Of a DNA stretch of 64,000 nucleotides, positions 59,711 through 64,000 are shown piece after piece. Source of the stretch: Saprolegnia diclina VS20. Taxonomy: Eukaryota. The position numbers and the translations under genes were made by a program. Positions within the stretch are counted from its first letter, which is position 1, and every line of letters begins with the position of its first letter. The stretch spans positions 648,954 through 712,953 of the forward strand of contig NW_008246070.1 of NCBI RefSeq assembly GCF_000281045.1, in the 5' to 3' direction. The notes under the pieces were generated by a model. It saw only the letters and a list, made by a program, of their open reading frames with translations. It ran no database searches and was not told where the DNA came from.

Positions 59711-62018
59711 ATGCTCGCGCTCAGTGTCTTGGCCGAGCTGCCGCGCCCGACGCTCATTCTCCAAACGCTCCTCGCCATGGCGCTCGGCAGCTTCTTCTTC
59801 CTCAAGGCCAGCCAGCGCCGGACGCTGCCGCCGACGCCATCGAGCTACTGCGAGCCGGACGGTAGCAGCGCCAAGCCCGGCCACGGCCCCGTGTACCGCG
59901 TTGGCCCGTTCCCCGAGCCGGCGTTCCCGTCGCTCCTCGAGGTCCTCCAGCACTCTGTGCGGTCGCACCCGACCAAGCCGTTCTTGGGCCGCCGGCCCAT
60001 CGACAGCGCTGGCAACGCCGGACCGTTCGTCTGGGAGACGTATGAAGAGGTGTACGTCCGCATTCAAAACTTTGGCGCTGGCCTCATGCGCGAGCGCATG
60101 GTCGAGCCGCTCGACAGCACCGATAACATGCGTCTGCTTTGCATCTACATGAAGAACCGACCCGAGTGGACGATGGCGCAGTATGCGGCGTACTACTGCG
60201 GCGCGGGCATCTCGCCGCTTTACGACACCCTCGGCGTGACGTCGACCAAGTACATTCTCAACCAAACGACCGCGTCGACCGTGCTCAGCACCACGCTCGA
60301 GCTCCCGAGTTTGCTCGCCATGAAGGCCGACGTGCCGACGATGGCCCACATCATCCTCGCCGACGTCGAGACGGTCTCTGACGACGACGCTACCAAGGCC
60401 GCAGCCGTCGGTGTCAAGCTCTGGACCTTCAAGCAGATTGAAGGCGTTGGCGCCGCGTACCCGGCTGCACCGCGCTACCCCAAGCCCGACGACGTCTCGA
60501 TCTTGATGTACGCAACGTGAGATAGAAAATGTGGCGTGTGCTGAGCCATGGTGTAGGTACACGAGCGGCACGACGGGCGACCCGAAGGGCGTGGTCTTGA
60601 CGCACGCCAACTTGCTCACGACCAACATGGCGTGCGACGAGCGCGTGACGGTCGGCAAGGCGATCAACGCGGTCAAGAACCACCCGACCTTTCTCTCGTA
60701 CCTCCCGCTCCCGCACGTAGCCGAGCAGGTGTTCCAGCTCTTTATGATCCGCCACTTTGGCGCGCTCGGGTTCTACCAAGGCAACACGGCCAAGCTCCTC
60801 GACGACCTCGCGGCGCTGCGCCCGACCATCTTTGCGACCGTGCCCCGGCTCCTCAACAAGATTTACGACACGATCGTCGGGTCGGCGTCGGCGGCCGGCG
60901 GCTTTAAGGGCTGGCTTTTCCAGCGCGCGCTGCGCACCAAGCTCGCGAACCTCCCGTACGGCGTCACGACGCACGCGCTGTACGACAAGCTCATTTTTTC
61001 CAAGGTATGTCGTCTCCCGTGCGCGCGTCCCAAGTTCACCTCGATATGATATGCGTAGATTCGCGTCAAACTCGGCTTGGACCGCACGACGTTGATGGGG
61101 TGCGGGTCGGCGCCGCTCTCGCCGGACGTTCTCGCCTTCTTCCGCGTCGTCATGGACTGCCCGGTCCTCGAGGCGTACGGCCAAAGCGAGTGCAGCGGTA
61201 TCTCCAACATGACGCACTACCTCGACTTTACCGGCGGCAACGCGGGCCCGCCGATCGCCAACTGCGAGATCAAGCTCGTTTCAGTGCCGGAAATGGGCTA
61301 CGACGTCAACGACACGGAGCACGGCGACGACGACGCCAAGATTGCTGTCCGTGGGCGCGGCGAAGTCTGCTACCGCGGCCCGAGCGTGTTTCCGGGCTAC
61401 TTTAAGAACCCAGAGAAGACAAAAGAAGCCCTCGACGAAGATGGCTGGCTGCACTCGGGCGACGTTGGCGTCTGGCTGCCGGACGGACGTCTCAAGATTA
61501 TCGACCGCAAGAAGAACATCTTCAAGCTCTCCCAAGGCGAGTACGTCGCCCCCGAGAAGATTGAGCTCGTTATCAAGGGCAGCGTCTACGTCAACCAGCC
61601 CTTTGTCTATGGCGACTCGCTCCACTCGGTGCTCGTCGGTATCATTGTGCCCGAAGAAGCCGAGCTCAAGACCCTCGCAGCCTCGCTCGGTGTCTCTGGC
61701 TCGTTCGAAGAGCTCTGCGTCCACGCCAAGGTACTTGAATACTTTGCTGTTCTAGTAGGCTGATATATTTGTGTACAGGTTGTCGATGCCGTGCAAAAGG
61801 ACATTGTGGCCGTGAGCAAGAAGGGCGGTCTCTATGGCTTTGAGACGGTCCGCGCGCTCTGCCTGCATCCCGAGCCGTTTACGGTCGAGAACGACCTCAT
61901 GACGCCCACGTTTAAGCTCAAGCGCAACGAAGTCAAGAAGGCTTTTCTCAAGCAGATCGACGCGCTCTACGTCAAGAGCGGCGACGTGGTCGCGGGCAAG
62001 AACGTCAAGCAACAGTAG
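59711..62018 (+). CDS. Long-chain acyl-CoA synthetase, copy 4
   Basis: Same motifs; introns 60508-60556, 61005-61058 and 61731-61778; TAG at 62016-62018. Confidence 0.93.
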
Positions 62019-62299
62019 TCACCTAGTATTGGTCAATCCATAGTCTTTTTATTATATGCCACTTTCTATTTTTTTGATTGTGTTGCCGACGGAACGTGCC
62101 AATCATGTATTTTCAAGGTTGTGTCGATGGAGTAGGGTCGTTCATCGGGGTGTGCAATGTGTTCCAAGGGCTGGAATAAAGGACTGGTCGCGTTGTGCTC
62201 GGAAGATTGAAAGATTGAAAGATCGATATATTTCAGCTGGCATTGGATACCGGTTCTGCTTGACGAATGAGGCGGCTGTGCCTCAGAAAACGCGCTCGA

Positions 62300-64000
62300 G
62301 GCCTACGCGCCGTGCCAGGCGTCGTGATCGTACAACTCGACCCGAGGCATTGGCATGTCGCCGTCGCCGCTGTTCCATGCGGCCTCGAGCGGGACATCGA
62401 CGACCGCAAACGGCGCGTCCATTGCGGGCTCGATCGGCGCGTGTAAGATGCAGGTGTTGGTCCCATCGCAGCTGCACTCCATTGGGTTGGCTATTGGGTC
62501 CTTCGAGGAGCTCTTATTGGGAAATGATCGCATGAATGGGATCAAACTCATGACCAATTCCAACGGCCGTGCACTCTCAGCGCAGATAATTGCGCCAGAG
62601 CTTCGCCACAACGGCATCCCGGTACTGAAACGCTGGAGCTGCACCGCAAACATCTGGCGATGAGGACAAAACCTCTCTTTAACACTCGGATTGATCTGGT
62701 TATGCAATGAAGGACATCCGAGAACCTCCATTTAATGCAATTGAACCATCTGGCCTTGGTTGCGATGTCGAGTGATTCGACGTCACGTGTTCTTGCGCTT
62801 GTCCCCACTGGCGACAAGGATGTGGACCATGGCCATTGGACTGTTGGATCGGCACGACTCGCTGTCGCCAGCGCTGTGTATCGCGTACCTCGGCGCCGCG
62901 CTCAAGGACCTCGCGCAGACGCTCGGCGAAGAAGGCAACCAACCTCCTCGAGCACACGGTCGCCCACGCCGACGACTCGGACTTCATCTGCCACGTCGCT
63001 ACTACAGGATACGTTCACGACGGTGATTGCTTCTTGACATCGACAATCACCGTCGTGAACGTATCCTGGTGACCTTGCGTGCTGCAGCGAACGGAGCTTC
63101 CGCGGACGCGGTGGGTGGGCAAGGAATCGAGGACGTAGATAGTGTCACCTTCAACGACCTCGAGCCAAAAGTGCAATCTAAGAGAAAAATATTTTTCGCG
63201 CCCGAGAGAGTATCAACGTACCCAGAGCAAAAGAGCAGAACGGTGACCATGGCACGCAGGTCCACCTTCTTGCAGGCGCCCGTAGCCGCGGTGTTGAGAA
63301 TTTGGATCGTCGAAACGTCATACGGGCGTGCTATGGCCATGGCGCCGAAATCGACGAGCGCTGTGCACAGCATTTTGTCGGTCTCGAGGAGTGCCTTGAG
63401 GTGCAGTCGTGTAAGAGAAACGCCACCGACCGTAATCGACGAAGCAGACGGCCGTAGGGTAATCGCTTCGACGTCGATCGCGTTGGCGACCGCGTCCTGG
63501 GACGCGGCATGGGCCATGTGGCGCTTCGCGAGCTTCTGGCGCTTGCTGGTCGACGTCGTCTCGATCAGCTTGCGCTTCGATGTCGGCGTTTCAGATACAT
63601 GGTCTGGCTTCCCCGAAGTTGCGTCAAGGCCGTCTTCGAGGGACCACGACTTCTCGCGCTTCGTGCCCGCATGCCAATCCTTGTAATAGGCGGCGAATGC
63701 GGGGTTGTTCACGGCGGTGTGGTAGTACGTCGGGCCGAGACCGCGTTCACTTTCCGGTGTAGCATACCACCGATGAAATGCGGCGGTCTTGATAACCTTG
63801 TCGAACGCGGACGTCCCCGACGTTGTGCGCGGCTTGTAGTTGCGTAGGATGTTGCCAAACGCGACGCTGGCGTTGTGGTCGTTGAACCACCCCCGGCCAA
63901 GGTGGGCCATTTTCCCCTTGCAGGAAGCCATCCGACTTGCCGCGACTTCACTGATCGCGTAATCGGCCGTCTTGATTGCGATCCAGAGGTAGGATCAAGA
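62300..64000 (-). pseudogene. Fragmented coding-like sequence, possibly a decayed transposon-associated gene (weak Ulp1/C48-peptidase-like hints)
   Basis: A 294-aa ORF at 63047-63931 is followed by broken downstream frames. RLHLKALLETDKMLCTALVDF and VVPIQQSNGH loosely recall Ulp1 motifs. Confidence 0.3.

Noticed and set aside
51229..62018. Synthetase copies 2-4 as frameshifted pseudogenes
   Set aside because: Every break is bounded by GT...AG, and removal restores a full-length frame.

Overview
This is gene-dense eukaryotic DNA with high GC at third codon positions, very short (about 35-70 nt) GT-AG introns and short intergenic gaps. These traits, an oomycete-type Inr/FPR promoter motif and the gene content point to an oomycete, plausibly Saprolegnia-like; that assignment is an inference. 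About 28 genes can be read: Timeless, an ABCC transporter, a RAD18-like E3 ligase, GCIP/CCNDBP1, two CLC channels, a PCO/ADO thiol dioxygenase, an ERG28-like protein, an ABHD12-like hydrolase, eIF4A, an MTAP-family phosphorylase, an SLC35F-like transporter, a CFAP97-domain protein, a TTLL ligase, two tandem paralogues of an unknown family, NDUFAF7, an MFS transporter and four tandem long-chain acyl-CoA synthetases. The synthetase array is interrupted by an intron-bearing, catalytically degenerate pogo/CENP-B transposase gene. No rRNA, tRNA or CRISPR array was seen. I found no clear-cut new multi-gene system. The best leads are the possibly domesticated transposase, the RAD18 domain variant, the prokaryote-like Asn-type phosphorylase, the divergent CLC filter, the unknown paralogue pair and several promoter palindromes and repeats. 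Exon boundaries were read by eye and no database search was run.
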